64,000 bases of DNA from positions 64,001 through 128,000 of the IMG/VR virus record IMGVR_UViG_3300031414_000009. One strand, given 5' to 3'. This DNA is from a virus. Of the stretch, positions 48,588-57,581 are shown piece after piece. Position 1 is the first letter of the stretch. Each line of letters starts with the position of its first letter. The notes under the pieces were generated by a model. It was not told the DNA's origin, ran no database searches, and saw only the letters and a program-made list of their open reading frames with translations. Both the position numbers and the translations under genes were made by a program.

Positions 48588-48902
48588 ATGTATCCAGCTT
48601 ATGTCTACGGATATCAGTTTAACTTCAGTAACGAACGCAACCGTTTGAAGCTGATTAAAGCAGGTGACGAACCGGACGTTGAACTGATCACGTCGTTGCG
48701 GACAATTACTGGTAACGACTGGCGTCTGTCAGGTGAGAGTGAATATAGTCTGGACGGGGCAAGGATTACCTTTAACGGTAAGAACGAGCCGTACATGCTG
48801 TCTAACTCAAACTACACGACACTGATGACCATTGAGTTATCTGAGAAGTGTTTGGCATTGGAAGGTACGTTAATCGTGCAATATAACATGCCTGCTGAAT
48901 AG
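48588..48902 (+). CDS. Short paralog 9, C-terminal domain only
   Basis: YP.Y.YG..F...YSL.GA.I...GTLIVQYN aligns with the C-halves of paralogs 2, 3 and 8. Confidence 0.7.
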   Translation: MYPAYVYGYQFNFSNERNRLKLIKAGDEPDVELITSLRTITGNDWRLSGESEYSLDGARITFNGKNEPYMLSNSNYTTLMTIELSEKCLALEGTLIVQYNMPAE

Positions 48903-48905
48903 ACA

Positions 48906-48964
48906 AAAAAAAAATAAGTCCGAGTGCTCCTCTTCCCCGAAGGGAAGAGGAGTCTCTTTATGCC
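48906..48964. terminator. Bidirectional terminator cassette
   Basis: A-run, CTCCTCTTCCC-CGAA-GGGAAGAGGAG, TTTATGCC; near copy of 12766-12823. Confidence 0.85.
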
Positions 48965-48965
48965 G

Positions 48966-49412
48966 TTAGTCGAACAGGCTTTCGAAGTATTTGCGATCCA
49001 GATCCAGGTTCGGATCTTCCTGCTTGGCAACGAACGCCAGGCCCAGGATACGCTTAGCTTCTTTGGCGATCACTGCGCGCATGGCAGTGTCATCAACCAG
49101 ATCGATGAAGTCCAGGTGTTTGCGGGTATCGCGCACATCCAGATCTTCAGTCATCGCGTAATACGCCAGCGAGATGGCCAGTGTTTCACGCAGGGTTTTG
49201 TTGAAACGACCATCGGCTTCGTAAAGACTTTCCATGGTCAGATTGTTCGCCGACGCAGCAAACGCTTTATAGACCACAGCACCACCGGCTTCTTTAATGT
49301 CGTCAGCGGCTTCACCGCTAACGATCCAGTTGTACATCTTAACTGCGCCAACAGACACACCAACAGCAGCGATACCAGTTACTACACCAATAGAGAAATC
49401 TTTCATGTTCAT
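48966..49412 (-). CDS. Single-TM anchored hypothetical protein
   Basis: FSIGVVTGIAAVGVSVGAV anchor; AAGGA RBS. Confidence 0.7.
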   Translation of the reverse strand: MNMKDFSIGVVTGIAAVGVSVGAVKMYNWIVSGEAADDIKEAGGAVVYKAFAASANNLTMESLYEADGRFNKTLRETLAISLAYYAMTEDLDVRDTRKHLDFIDLVDDTAMRAVIAKEAKRILGLAFVAKQEDPNLDLDRKYFESLFD

Positions 49413-49445
49413 AATTCTATTCCTTATAACGAGTGATAGGTTTGA

Positions 49446-49667
49446 TTAATCAGGGTTGTTACCGAACAGCCAGTCCATAGTAGACTTGGAGACTGCACCG
49501 GCAACTGCAAATACAACAGTACTAGCGATCAGGCGCGCCAGTATTTCAGTGCGTTTTTCGGTATTCTCTTCACGGCAGCTTTCTGCAACAACATCTTGAG
49601 CGATATAGGCAGCAGTGGCAGCGGTGATAATACCTAGACCTTCAGCAAGCGATTTGATCATTGACAT
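49446..49667 (-). CDS. Small two-helix membrane protein
   Basis: Two hydrophobic segments around a charged loop; GGAG RBS; first gene behind promoter copy 3. Confidence 0.75.
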   Translation of the reverse strand: MSMIKSLAEGLGIITAATAAYIAQDVVAESCREENTEKRTEILARLIASTVVFAVAGAVSKSTMDWLFGNNPD

Positions 49668-49703
49668 GGCTTTCTCTCCAATTAGCTCTACTAATTCACT
49701 TGT

Positions 49704-49733
49704 GTGTTATATATCTGAAAATTTATTGAAACG
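49704..49733 (-). promoter_or_regulatory. Extended early promoter, copy 3 of the 27-bp repeat
   Basis: Identical to 20707-20733; abuts the terminator GGCATAAAA-CGAGGAAC-CGAA-GTTCCTCG. Confidence 0.8.
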
Positions 49734-49766
49734 GCATAAAACGAGGAACCGAAGTTCCTCGCTGTA

Positions 49767-50192
49767 TTACACTGATTTCTTCAGAAAATGCGTCACCACT
49801 TTGCGATACACAGCGTGAGCCAGACCGGTCATTTTAGCCAGACGATTTTCCACGTACAGAGAAATCACACCAACTACCTGCTCGTCGTTCTGATACAGAA
49901 TGAACGTACGGCCCTGGAGTTCTACCGTTGCACGGATAACGCCATCAGTAGAATGGCGCAGCGTTTCGATAGGAGAACCCAGTGCTTTGAAGTTACGAGC
50001 AACAGCTGGAATCAATACACCGTCATTAGTGACGATGCTTTCCGGGAAACGAGTACGATACACATCGAAGACTTCAGCGACGAGGCTATCGTCTACACCA
50101 CGTTGTGCGCGCTCCTGTACAAACTCCCACGCCTCTTCAGGACGTGAGACCATCTTCGTCTTTAAGACAGAAGCCAGGTCGTTATACTTCAT
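49767..50192 (-). CDS. Hypothetical protein
   Basis: 141 aa ORF overlapping the upstream stop. Confidence 0.65.
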   Translation of the reverse strand: MKYNDLASVLKTKMVSRPEEAWEFVQERAQRGVDDSLVAEVFDVYRTRFPESIVTNDGVLIPAVARNFKALGSPIETLRHSTDGVIRATVELQGRTFILYQNDEQVVGVISLYVENRLAKMTGLAHAVYRKVVTHFLKKSV

Positions 50193-51084
50193 CTTTCTTT
50201 TCCTCTTCTATAGGTACAGCTTCGACCACCAACGGGTCCCAGAGTGTGGTCAGCTGGCTATCGATAGCTGCTAACCTGTAGTAAAACTTACGCCAGTTCA
50301 CGCGCAGATCTGTAACGCTACGCGGGTGGTTAAAGGAGCGATCAAACGAGTTGATGAAATCGACCAGGTCGCGTTGCAGGCGATGCATCTTTTCTTCGTT
50401 CTCATCAGTATACGGCTTGTCGTTGTCAATCTCACGCAGTGTCTTCAGTAAGGCACGTGCAGCCGATGTGGCTGCTGACATACCTTCGACTAAGAGATTA
50501 TCACCCACGACATCTTTCGGATCGATTACTGGACCAAGTGCGGCAGCGTTGAGTCCGTCGATAAACTGTTCTTCGGTGATCATCGCACGACCAGTCGGTG
50601 AATTGGCTACGATCTCTTCACCGTAGAGACGTAAGATAGTCTCGCCGCCCGAGCGAGCTAACTGGTGGAACTTTTCGCGATACGCAGTCAGTTCAATTGT
50701 GAAACTTTCCGGTAACACGTCAGCGTTCGCGCGCAACCAGTTACGAATGAATTCGTCTGATACGTAGTTACCACTATACACCGGCGGCCAATCAATCGCT
50801 GGCGGCTTAGGAAACTGATCGGGGTACGTGTTGTGGAACAGGCTCTCATTACGGAACCGTTCCATCAGCCGTTCGTGTTGTGCCCCACCGAAATCATACT
50901 CGGTTTGTTGTGCCACGTTGTGGATGGCGGACAGATGCATTCGTAACGTTTCGTTGAATGCGTAGAACGGGTTGGTTGCTTGAGGCAAAGCATTAGCAAA
51001 AGCACCAGAAGCAGACGACGCTGCATTGGACATCGCATTGAGTGTCTCAAGCGCCATCCGGATTGCGGGATCTTTAACGTACAT
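50182..51084 (-). CDS. Hypothetical protein
   Basis: 300 aa ORF, AAGGA RBS. Confidence 0.7.
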   Translation of the reverse strand: MYVKDPAIRMALETLNAMSNAASSASGAFANALPQATNPFYAFNETLRMHLSAIHNVAQQTEYDFGGAQHERLMERFRNESLFHNTYPDQFPKPPAIDWPPVYSGNYVSDEFIRNWLRANADVLPESFTIELTAYREKFHQLARSGGETILRLYGEEIVANSPTGRAMITEEQFIDGLNAAALGPVIDPKDVVGDNLLVEGMSAATSAARALLKTLREIDNDKPYTDENEEKMHRLQRDLVDFINSFDRSFNHPRSVTDLRVNWRKFYYRLAAIDSQLTTLWDPLVVEAVPIEEEKKDEV

Positions 51085-51135
51085 GATTGTATTCCTTATT
51101 GAATAGTCTACAGCATTAATGCTAGTGATTAATTA

Positions 51136-52032
51136 TTACCTATTGGGAAGGTAAATATCCCCTGCGGTCTCATCCATGCACCCAACTACAATAGCGTTGA
51201 GTATGGGACGTTTGATCTGAATATCTAAAACGTCTTCTGGAAAAACGCTAGAGATCCAACGATCTGCATTGATGGCTTCGGTTGAGGCCCGCATAACTGA
51301 CACAATACAAAACTCGTCGTTATATAAGGCAGCAACATTACCGTAGAGTTCACGATAACGAAGTCCACAGAAGTGATGTTTATTCCATAGATAACGAAGT
51401 ACCGTGTTTGCTCTCAAGTGTGAGAATGCTAAACGCAGTTGTATTTCCAGATTACCGTAACTACTGAAAGACGTAATGACATAGCGCTCAATTTCACTAC
51501 AGAATGAACTAAGTGCAATGACGTTCTTAGCGATAACGTCGGTCTTGGTGTTGGTTAAGTCAGAGATAGGTAGTCGTGCTCGGATAGGTTTATTCTCCAC
51601 CCATCGTGCAAAAGCCTTTCTCTGCTTATCTGCTAACACTGGACGAATATCGTACTCCACTGCGACATGTGCAAATACAGCACTTACACTGCTATATAGA
51701 TCAACCTTTGTTGTAGGGTTATCTATCGACAGCATATGGTGCACCACCTCACCAACTTTAAACTTAGCAAACGCTACCTTTACGCCAGTCTCCAAATACG
51801 AGCCGTATGGGAACCAGAGACGATTGTCCCATACAACTACCCAATCACCCGACCTTAGGTTAAAAGCTCGCTGCTGAGCCTTAGAGAGCGTTATAACGTC
51901 ATAACCATCCTTTGTCCAAAACTCCCATCCCCAGGATAGCTTGGTGTGCAACTTACCAAGGAAATCCCCACGCCCATTTAACTTCTTTGTGCCATAGTTG
52001 TTTATCTCACCTGCTAGTCCCGGAACTACCAT
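51136..52032 (-). CDS. Hypothetical early protein
   Basis: 298 aa, GAGG RBS, behind a TATATTAC promoter. Confidence 0.7.
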   Translation of the reverse strand: MVVPGLAGEINNYGTKKLNGRGDFLGKLHTKLSWGWEFWTKDGYDVITLSKAQQRAFNLRSGDWVVVWDNRLWFPYGSYLETGVKVAFAKFKVGEVVHHMLSIDNPTTKVDLYSSVSAVFAHVAVEYDIRPVLADKQRKAFARWVENKPIRARLPISDLTNTKTDVIAKNVIALSSFCSEIERYVITSFSSYGNLEIQLRLAFSHLRANTVLRYLWNKHHFCGLRYRELYGNVAALYNDEFCIVSVMRASTEAINADRWISSVFPEDVLDIQIKRPILNAIVVGCMDETAGDIYLPNR

Positions 52033-52070
52033 AGTTGTTTCCTCTTTTATGCAAGGTTAATTGCAGGAGG

Positions 52071-52087
52071 GTAATATATATTTCAAA
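52071..52087 (-). promoter_or_regulatory. Early promoter motif
   Basis: Minus strand TTTGAAATATATATTAC contains the phiKZ early consensus TATATTAC. Confidence 0.75.
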
Positions 52088-52125
52088 AGGGCATAAAACC
52101 CTCTCCCGAAGAAGAGGGCTTTAGA

Positions 52126-52761
52126 TTAGTCAATAAACACGCGTGGTTCGTAGTACTCGCCGCTGGTAGCAGGCCCAGGTAAAATGCCGTACGGACCAGG
52201 AACAAAGAAGTCTTTGAACTGTCCGGCTTTATATGGTGTATAGACCCATGCCCTTTTGATACGAGCGGTCTCACGATCCAGTACGTCCACTTGGGTCACG
52301 ACGCGGTAAATTGTGCCTTTGTAACCGAAACAATAAAAGTACTCGTGTCCAGTGTCGATACGATTTGGGTCTTTACAGAACCCTATGGCCAGATTACGTT
52401 CAGTTTGGTTAGATCTTGCAAGTACGGTATTCTGGCGAAGGAATTCCCAATACTCTTCAACGCCCAACGACTTAACGATAGACTCTTGGTCACGGAAGTA
52501 ATTATCGGCCCGAATAAAGGGTACCGTAGAGTCTTCCATGTCAGCATCAGCACGTATGCTAATATAGCTGGGGTAAGTCAAGTTGAAAGCTGGTTCGTCG
52601 TGCTGGTAGTTACCATTGAGCGTGATAACCTTTGTGGCGGGCATGGCTTCGTATAAGTCACGAATCTCAATGCCCTTAAAAGTCGGAGGTTTGTTAAACG
52701 CACAACCCGTCAAGAACGTTAGAGATACTAACACGAACAAAGCCATACAACGTTTAAACAT
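52126..52761 (-). CDS. Putative lipoprotein
   Basis: Signal peptide with lipobox FLTG-C; GGAGG RBS. Confidence 0.7.
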   Translation of the reverse strand: MFKRCMALFVLVSLTFLTGCAFNKPPTFKGIEIRDLYEAMPATKVITLNGNYQHDEPAFNLTYPSYISIRADADMEDSTVPFIRADNYFRDQESIVKSLGVEEYWEFLRQNTVLARSNQTERNLAIGFCKDPNRIDTGHEYFYCFGYKGTIYRVVTQVDVLDRETARIKRAWVYTPYKAGQFKDFFVPGPYGILPGPATSGEYYEPRVFID

Positions 52762-52769
52762 AACCCCTC

Positions 52770-53441
52770 CTAAACAGGTGTAGCATTCAACACAATAACA
52801 CCCTTCGGCGTCGGTACCGTAATGACGACACCTTCTTCCCGCTCAATTGTCCTTACGACAATATACTTAGCGAGTAGCCAGATCTCGGCGCTTGGTATCA
52901 TCACTGTGCCAGGTTTAATTGTGAAGTGTGCCAGTAAATCATTAATGAACTTATTGACCGCCGGATGTTGTCCAGGCATGTCAGGGAAGGCAACTGCTTC
53001 AGTCAGGTCAGCGCCTTCAACCACAGGGGGCAGCGCAGCTAATGCGGCAGTGAAGGTACGCACCAAATCTTCGCATTCCGCGACATATGCAGCACGGTCA
53101 GCGAAAAAGGAAGCCACGTATCCATCCCAAACCGCTTCTTCTTCAGACACGATGATCTGCGAATCTACATTTGGCACAGGACCCGCAGTTACCCGTTTAA
53201 CCGCATCTGAAACCAACAGGAGAGCAGCAGTCTCTTCCGGGTTAGCACTGGACCCCATCAACATACGAACGTCTACGTCGGTGTACGGTGCCCCTAACAA
53301 CGCTGTCATTGCGTTGGCTACTTCTTCCGCTGGAGACACGCCCTTAGCGGTATGCAACTCAGTAACAATCGTGTTACATACTTGAGCCGCTAGAAAGGTG
53401 CGTTTCGTTACCCAGGCTTGTATGCCGAGTTCATCGCTCAT
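52770..53441 (-). CDS. Hypothetical protein
   Basis: 223 aa acidic ORF, TAATG coupling. Confidence 0.7.
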   Translation of the reverse strand: MSDELGIQAWVTKRTFLAAQVCNTIVTELHTAKGVSPAEEVANAMTALLGAPYTDVDVRMLMGSSANPEETAALLLVSDAVKRVTAGPVPNVDSQIIVSEEEAVWDGYVASFFADRAAYVAECEDLVRTFTAALAALPPVVEGADLTEAVAFPDMPGQHPAVNKFINDLLAHFTIKPGTVMIPSAEIWLLAKYIVVRTIEREEGVVITVPTPKGVIVLNATPV

Positions 53442-53863
53442 TAGACCTCCGGCGGGTAGATTGCGAAGTGACCACGGATAGTACGAATCAGATAAGAATC
53501 GTCTTCCGTGTTTGTAAAGTCACGAATGACCATAAAGCCTGCGCGGTTTAATAGCGACATAATCCGCCAATCCGCGTAACCTTCTTTTGTGAACATTGCT
53601 TCGGTCAAGAGTTTATAGATCAACTCGATAGACTCAGCAGGGCCAGCATCAATGACGATCAGGCCGTCTTGTGCTACAGCCAACTCTTCAACGGTAGGGT
53701 AGCTGACCGCCCAGTTAAAGTGATAAGGCAAACGCTTCAACAAATCGATGGCCAGGAACGCGCGCCCTGTACGATGCATCTGATCTGCATCCGTAAAGCT
53801 CTTCACCACAACACGTGGTAAGTTCTGCTTGATCCTTTCAAACTCTGCGTCAGTAATAGCCAT
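53441..53863 (-). CDS. Hypothetical protein
   Basis: Probable start MAITDA. Confidence 0.65.
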   Translation of the reverse strand: MAITDAEFERIKQNLPRVVVKSFTDADQMHRTGRAFLAIDLLKRLPYHFNWAVSYPTVEELAVAQDGLIVIDAGPAESIELIYKLLTEAMFTKEGYADWRIMSLLNRAGFMVIRDFTNTEDDSYLIRTIRGHFAIYPPEV

Positions 53864-53915
53864 GGTAGAATCCAAAAAAAATGATAGAGGGTAAGGGGAG
53901 CCGAAGCTCCCCGTA

Positions 53916-54374
53916 TTACGGAATCAATAACCCATCTGTGGTAATGGGGCGACACATAAACTTAGTATCATAGGTTTCCGGTAACTGTTCTTTTAAACGT
54001 ATGATGTTGATGTTGTATTTGAATCCGCCGGACTCAACCACCAACGTCTTCGCATTTTTAAGCTTGTTCCAGAAACGATAGAAGTCAGCTCGATGCGCCG
54101 GTGGGGTTTCAGGATTAAGGTAGTTCGGTGTTGGCACGTCGTCAATGTAAATGGAAAAATCGCGAGTGAGATCTACCCGGTGTGATTGGAATGTCGCACC
54201 GAGCAGTACTCTGAGATTCACACTACAAGCGATATCTAACATTGCTGATTCGTCCTGGAAAATCCGGTAATGTATTTCACGCTTACCTCCGATCGTTTTC
54301 CATTCAGTAGCCAACGCTGGGACCACCATGAATGCCACTAGAGCAATCAATAGATGTCGCAGCCATTTTCGCAT
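53916..54374 (-). CDS. Exported protein (paralog of 54398-54859)
   Basis: Signal peptide ending ALA; I.C, I.ID and FW.+L+NAK.L shared with the neighbour. Confidence 0.7.
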   Translation of the reverse strand: MRKWLRHLLIALVAFMVVPALATEWKTIGGKREIHYRIFQDESAMLDIACSVNLRVLLGATFQSHRVDLTRDFSIYIDDVPTPNYLNPETPPAHRADFYRFWNKLKNAKTLVVESGGFKYNINIIRLKEQLPETYDTKFMCRPITTDGLLIP

Positions 54375-54397
54375 GTCAGTCCCTCTATACGGTCAGG

Positions 54398-54859
54398 CTA
54401 AAAGCCCAGTTTGCATGAGAAGTCTGGTGAGTCGTACGCAGGCAGAGAGGTGGCAAGTTCTTTGGTGGTGAACGACTTAGTGGTGTTACCCACTGTGAAG
54501 CTTAACGACTTAGCGTTACGCAGTTCAGCCCAGAACTTCTTATACCCTTCTGGAGTCCCGTAGGTCGCGGCAGAGAATGGATTGGCGATAGTCTTACCGT
54601 CAATCGTAATACTCACTGGTCCAGCCACAGGTTTATCGTTTGCGTTATTGAACATACCAAACCACAGTTCGGTCGGCTCGGTGTCGTCGCAGGAGATAAG
54701 CACATAGGTACTGTTGTCTTCTGACGCAGCAGCGTACTCATCGGTACCCTGTGCCCAACCAGACTTCCAGTTAGTGTTCACCGCGAAATCACTTGCAGCC
54801 TGCACGTTGAGGGAGACCATCATACCGATCGCTACCACAACAGTTAAGAGCTTTTTCAT
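54398..54859 (-). CDS. Exported protein (paralog of 53916-54374)
   Basis: Signal peptide ending VQA; two Cys placed as in the paralog. Confidence 0.7.
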   Translation of the reverse strand: MKKLLTVVVAIGMMVSLNVQAASDFAVNTNWKSGWAQGTDEYAAASEDNSTYVLISCDDTEPTELWFGMFNNANDKPVAGPVSITIDGKTIANPFSAATYGTPEGYKKFWAELRNAKSLSFTVGNTTKSFTTKELATSLPAYDSPDFSCKLGF

Positions 54860-54867
54860 AGTAACCC

Positions 54868-55500
54868 CTATTTAGATTCCATTTTGTTCAGCATTTCTGA
54901 GAACAGGTCCTGCCGACCGATTCGTGTAAATGCTGCATTAAGTTGGACTAACAGCCAAGCCTTTTTGTCTTCGCTGATGTCAGAAAGTTTACCAAACCAA
55001 TCAAGTTCTTCGACTTCAGTAGATTCGGTCTGATTGTCCGAAGTCTCGATAACGGCCCGCACCGACATTGGTGTCATGACTGTGCTTTCTGTTGCACCAG
55101 ACTCCGGGTTCTTACTTGCATCGTTGGTGGCAGTAAAGTCAAACAATTCAAGTGGGGTAGGACAATACCGAGTGAACCAAAGAATCGCATCTTCGTTTAA
55201 CTCGATACCGTAGATCATTACCAGATGACCTACCGAACCGCCACTGGCGGCCTCATATAACTGACCCCTGACTACGGCAATCGAATTGGTGGAGGCGTTG
55301 ATCTCGTCGACTACTGCTTTAATACCGTCACTGTTATTAAAGGTACCAGCATTTCGAACCAGCAGGTCGTTTAAATACCCGTCTGCTACGATGTCGCCTT
55401 TGAACCCACTACAGGGTTCGATAATGTGTTTACCTGCGCTATTACCCGTTGCCAGAGTAATAAGGCGAACCAACGCCATAATGTCAGCGCGATTAAGCAT
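54868..55500 (-). CDS. Hypothetical protein
   Basis: 210 aa ORF. Confidence 0.65.
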   Translation of the reverse strand: MLNRADIMALVRLITLATGNSAGKHIIEPCSGFKGDIVADGYLNDLLVRNAGTFNNSDGIKAVVDEINASTNSIAVVRGQLYEAASGGSVGHLVMIYGIELNEDAILWFTRYCPTPLELFDFTATNDASKNPESGATESTVMTPMSVRAVIETSDNQTESTEVEELDWFGKLSDISEDKKAWLLVQLNAAFTRIGRQDLFSEMLNKMESK

Positions 55501-55502
55501 GG

Positions 55503-56195
55503 TTATATCCCCGCTAATAAATAACTGTTACGTGTGCAGATGCAGAGCTTGTGATGGCGTGCCCGCACGTAAACCTTGACCGCATTCGAGTGACCAGGAA
55601 CGTCGATACGTTTGAAGAGCAGTGGAATAGCATACTCCTCTTGTTTAGGCAGGAACCAGAACTGTGACTCCCATGCAGAGCGCAGTGTCCGACCATCTAC
55701 CATCAAATTACGTACCGTGTTAATGATCAACTCACAGCGTGCATCGCGTTTGTCTTTCCAATAAGCTAAGACATTGCTTGCACCAGGACGAGGTTCGCTG
55801 TCAATCTTCTTAATGGATGCTGCGATAACAGTCAGCGCATTATTCCGATAGTCGACCTCTTTACGCAGCTCTTTAGCCAAATGCACCAATGTCGTATAAT
55901 TCGGGCGATTAAGCTCAGCATATTCTTCTCTACTGTACGAGTGACCGTAGAATACAGAGAAGAATAAGCGTCCCTCAAGCCACGATGGCATTTTGTTCTC
56001 AATGATAGCCAAAGCAGTCCATACATCCATGTCCTTGATGACTTGATCCTTTCGACCGTGCTTGTAATACTCACTGTTCAGCAGAAACGTTAAGGTCTCC
56101 ACTTTGTGATGCGGATACTGATCTTTCAGGTATGCCACTGCGGTGATGAAATTGAAAGTGTGAGTAACGCGCGCCAGTTCTCTTGAGAATTTCAT
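55503..56195 (-). CDS. Hypothetical protein
   Basis: 230 aa ORF. Confidence 0.65.
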   Translation of the reverse strand: MKFSRELARVTHTFNFITAVAYLKDQYPHHKVETLTFLLNSEYYKHGRKDQVIKDMDVWTALAIIENKMPSWLEGRLFFSVFYGHSYSREEYAELNRPNYTTLVHLAKELRKEVDYRNNALTVIAASIKKIDSEPRPGASNVLAYWKDKRDARCELIINTVRNLMVDGRTLRSAWESQFWFLPKQEEYAIPLLFKRIDVPGHSNAVKVYVRARHHKLCICTRNSYLLAGI

Positions 56196-56268
56196 GTTAG
56201 TACCTAAAAAAGATTAAAAAATAAAGTAGCACAAAAGGAGAGCCGAAGCCCTCCTGTGTTTTGTTCTT

Positions 56269-57192
56269 TTAAGCGTCAAGTTCATCCGGGCAGATAACCA
56301 CGACGTTCTTGTACAGAATGGCACTGTACGGGCCAATACTCAGATACTCGAACATACGACTGTTCGGTACGTCGCCAGCAATATAATTGTTGAGCTTGTC
56401 AATGATCTCCGTGACACAACCAGACCAGCAGATATTCTGCCAGATAGCCAGAGCCGGATCGATAAGCAGTTCTGACTCAGTCAAGTCATCGCGTTCTACC
56501 GTAGTAAAGGTACGTGGCTCACCATTACCCAGTTCGATGAGAACGTTAGCAAACTGGTCAAAGATGTCGACGTGCTCAGCCGGAGCCTGCTCTGGCCATA
56601 CATAGCTGAACGGAACGATTGAAGTCTGACGGGTGGTTGCGTTCAGCTGCTCTACCAGGGTAGTGCGTTTGTAGCGAACCAGACCGCGCTTAACTTCAAA
56701 CTGGATACGCACACTTACGTTGGTATCGTTGTGCTGCGCATCGAGCGTGTGGTGACCATTGAACTGCACCCAACCAGATCCCAGCAGCGTCATTGCCAAC
56801 GACAACTTACCTGCGCCTACACAATGAGAGAAGACCATGTTCATCAGATTCTGAATGGAAATCATTTCATCGTAAGCAACCAGTGCCTCCACCGGAATAT
56901 TAGCCAGCCAAAGCGGGATGTTGGTCAGACGAGTACACGGGCAGCTTGACAGCACGAACTCAGTAACCTGAGACGGGAACATCGCTGTAGCTAACTGCTC
57001 CAGACGTACACGGTACTGAATGGTCGGGTGTTCGTAAGTGGTGCTGTTACGAAGGTCGTCATGTCCGACACCTACTGCATCGATCTGCAACAGGAACGAG
57101 TTGTCGATCAGATCCAGGTCACGAACCAGGATAGAGCCGTTCTTAGCTGGGAGGGTAGATTTGATATGGGTAACACGGATATTGCGGTTCAT
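56269..57192 (-). CDS. Hypothetical protein downstream of the structured RNA
   Basis: Start moved to MNRNIR after AAGGA; strong codon bias (CTG, AAC, ATC, CGT). Confidence 0.75.
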   Translation of the reverse strand: MNRNIRVTHIKSTLPAKNGSILVRDLDLIDNSFLLQIDAVGVGHDDLRNSTTYEHPTIQYRVRLEQLATAMFPSQVTEFVLSSCPCTRLTNIPLWLANIPVEALVAYDEMISIQNLMNMVFSHCVGAGKLSLAMTLLGSGWVQFNGHHTLDAQHNDTNVSVRIQFEVKRGLVRYKRTTLVEQLNATTRQTSIVPFSYVWPEQAPAEHVDIFDQFANVLIELGNGEPRTFTTVERDDLTESELLIDPALAIWQNICWSGCVTEIIDKLNNYIAGDVPNSRMFEYLSIGPYSAILYKNVVVICPDELDA

Positions 57193-57208
57193 AGGTAGAT
57201 CCTTGTGT

Positions 57209-57577
57209 AATGTCCTATTGGCGGACATGGATTAATGTAAACCGGCATATTAAGGAATTCAATACGCGGTGGAATGTACAGGGGTGTCTTATTTCCCTGC
57301 ACATACACACTACGCACTGATGCTTACGGATGTAATTCAACCGAGCACTGTGATGATGGATTGATTAGAAGTTTTTCCGGAACGTCTCATCCAACACCAA
57401 TGTATAGTGCCAACTCGTTATGGTGAGTTGGCTACCATAGGGAGCATGAGGAAGAGCGCGAAATGGTTTACCATGCAACCCCGCGAAGGCATTTAGCTAT
57501 GCAGTCAACTTGTAAGAGGTGAACCGCATTGAACCATGGTAATTCCAAATCGGGATGCTCTCCCTCACGCAAACCGG
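57209..57577 (-). ncRNA. Candidate structured non-coding RNA or cis-regulatory leader, about 370 nt
   Basis: No credible ORF in an otherwise gene-dense window; at least eight helices, whose non-Watson-Crick positions are mostly G-U only on the minus strand. Confidence 0.65.
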
Positions 57578-57581
57578 GCAG

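Noticed and set aside
41635-48902. Diversity-generating retroelement or invertible cassette acting on the paralog array
   Set aside because: No reverse transcriptase, invertase or near-identical DNA repeats seen; similarity is only at protein level
57209-57577. Group I/II intron, RNase P RNA or retron msr-msd
   Set aside because: No P7 core, domain V or GAGGAAAGUCC signature seen; flanking ORFs are intact; no reverse transcriptase in the window
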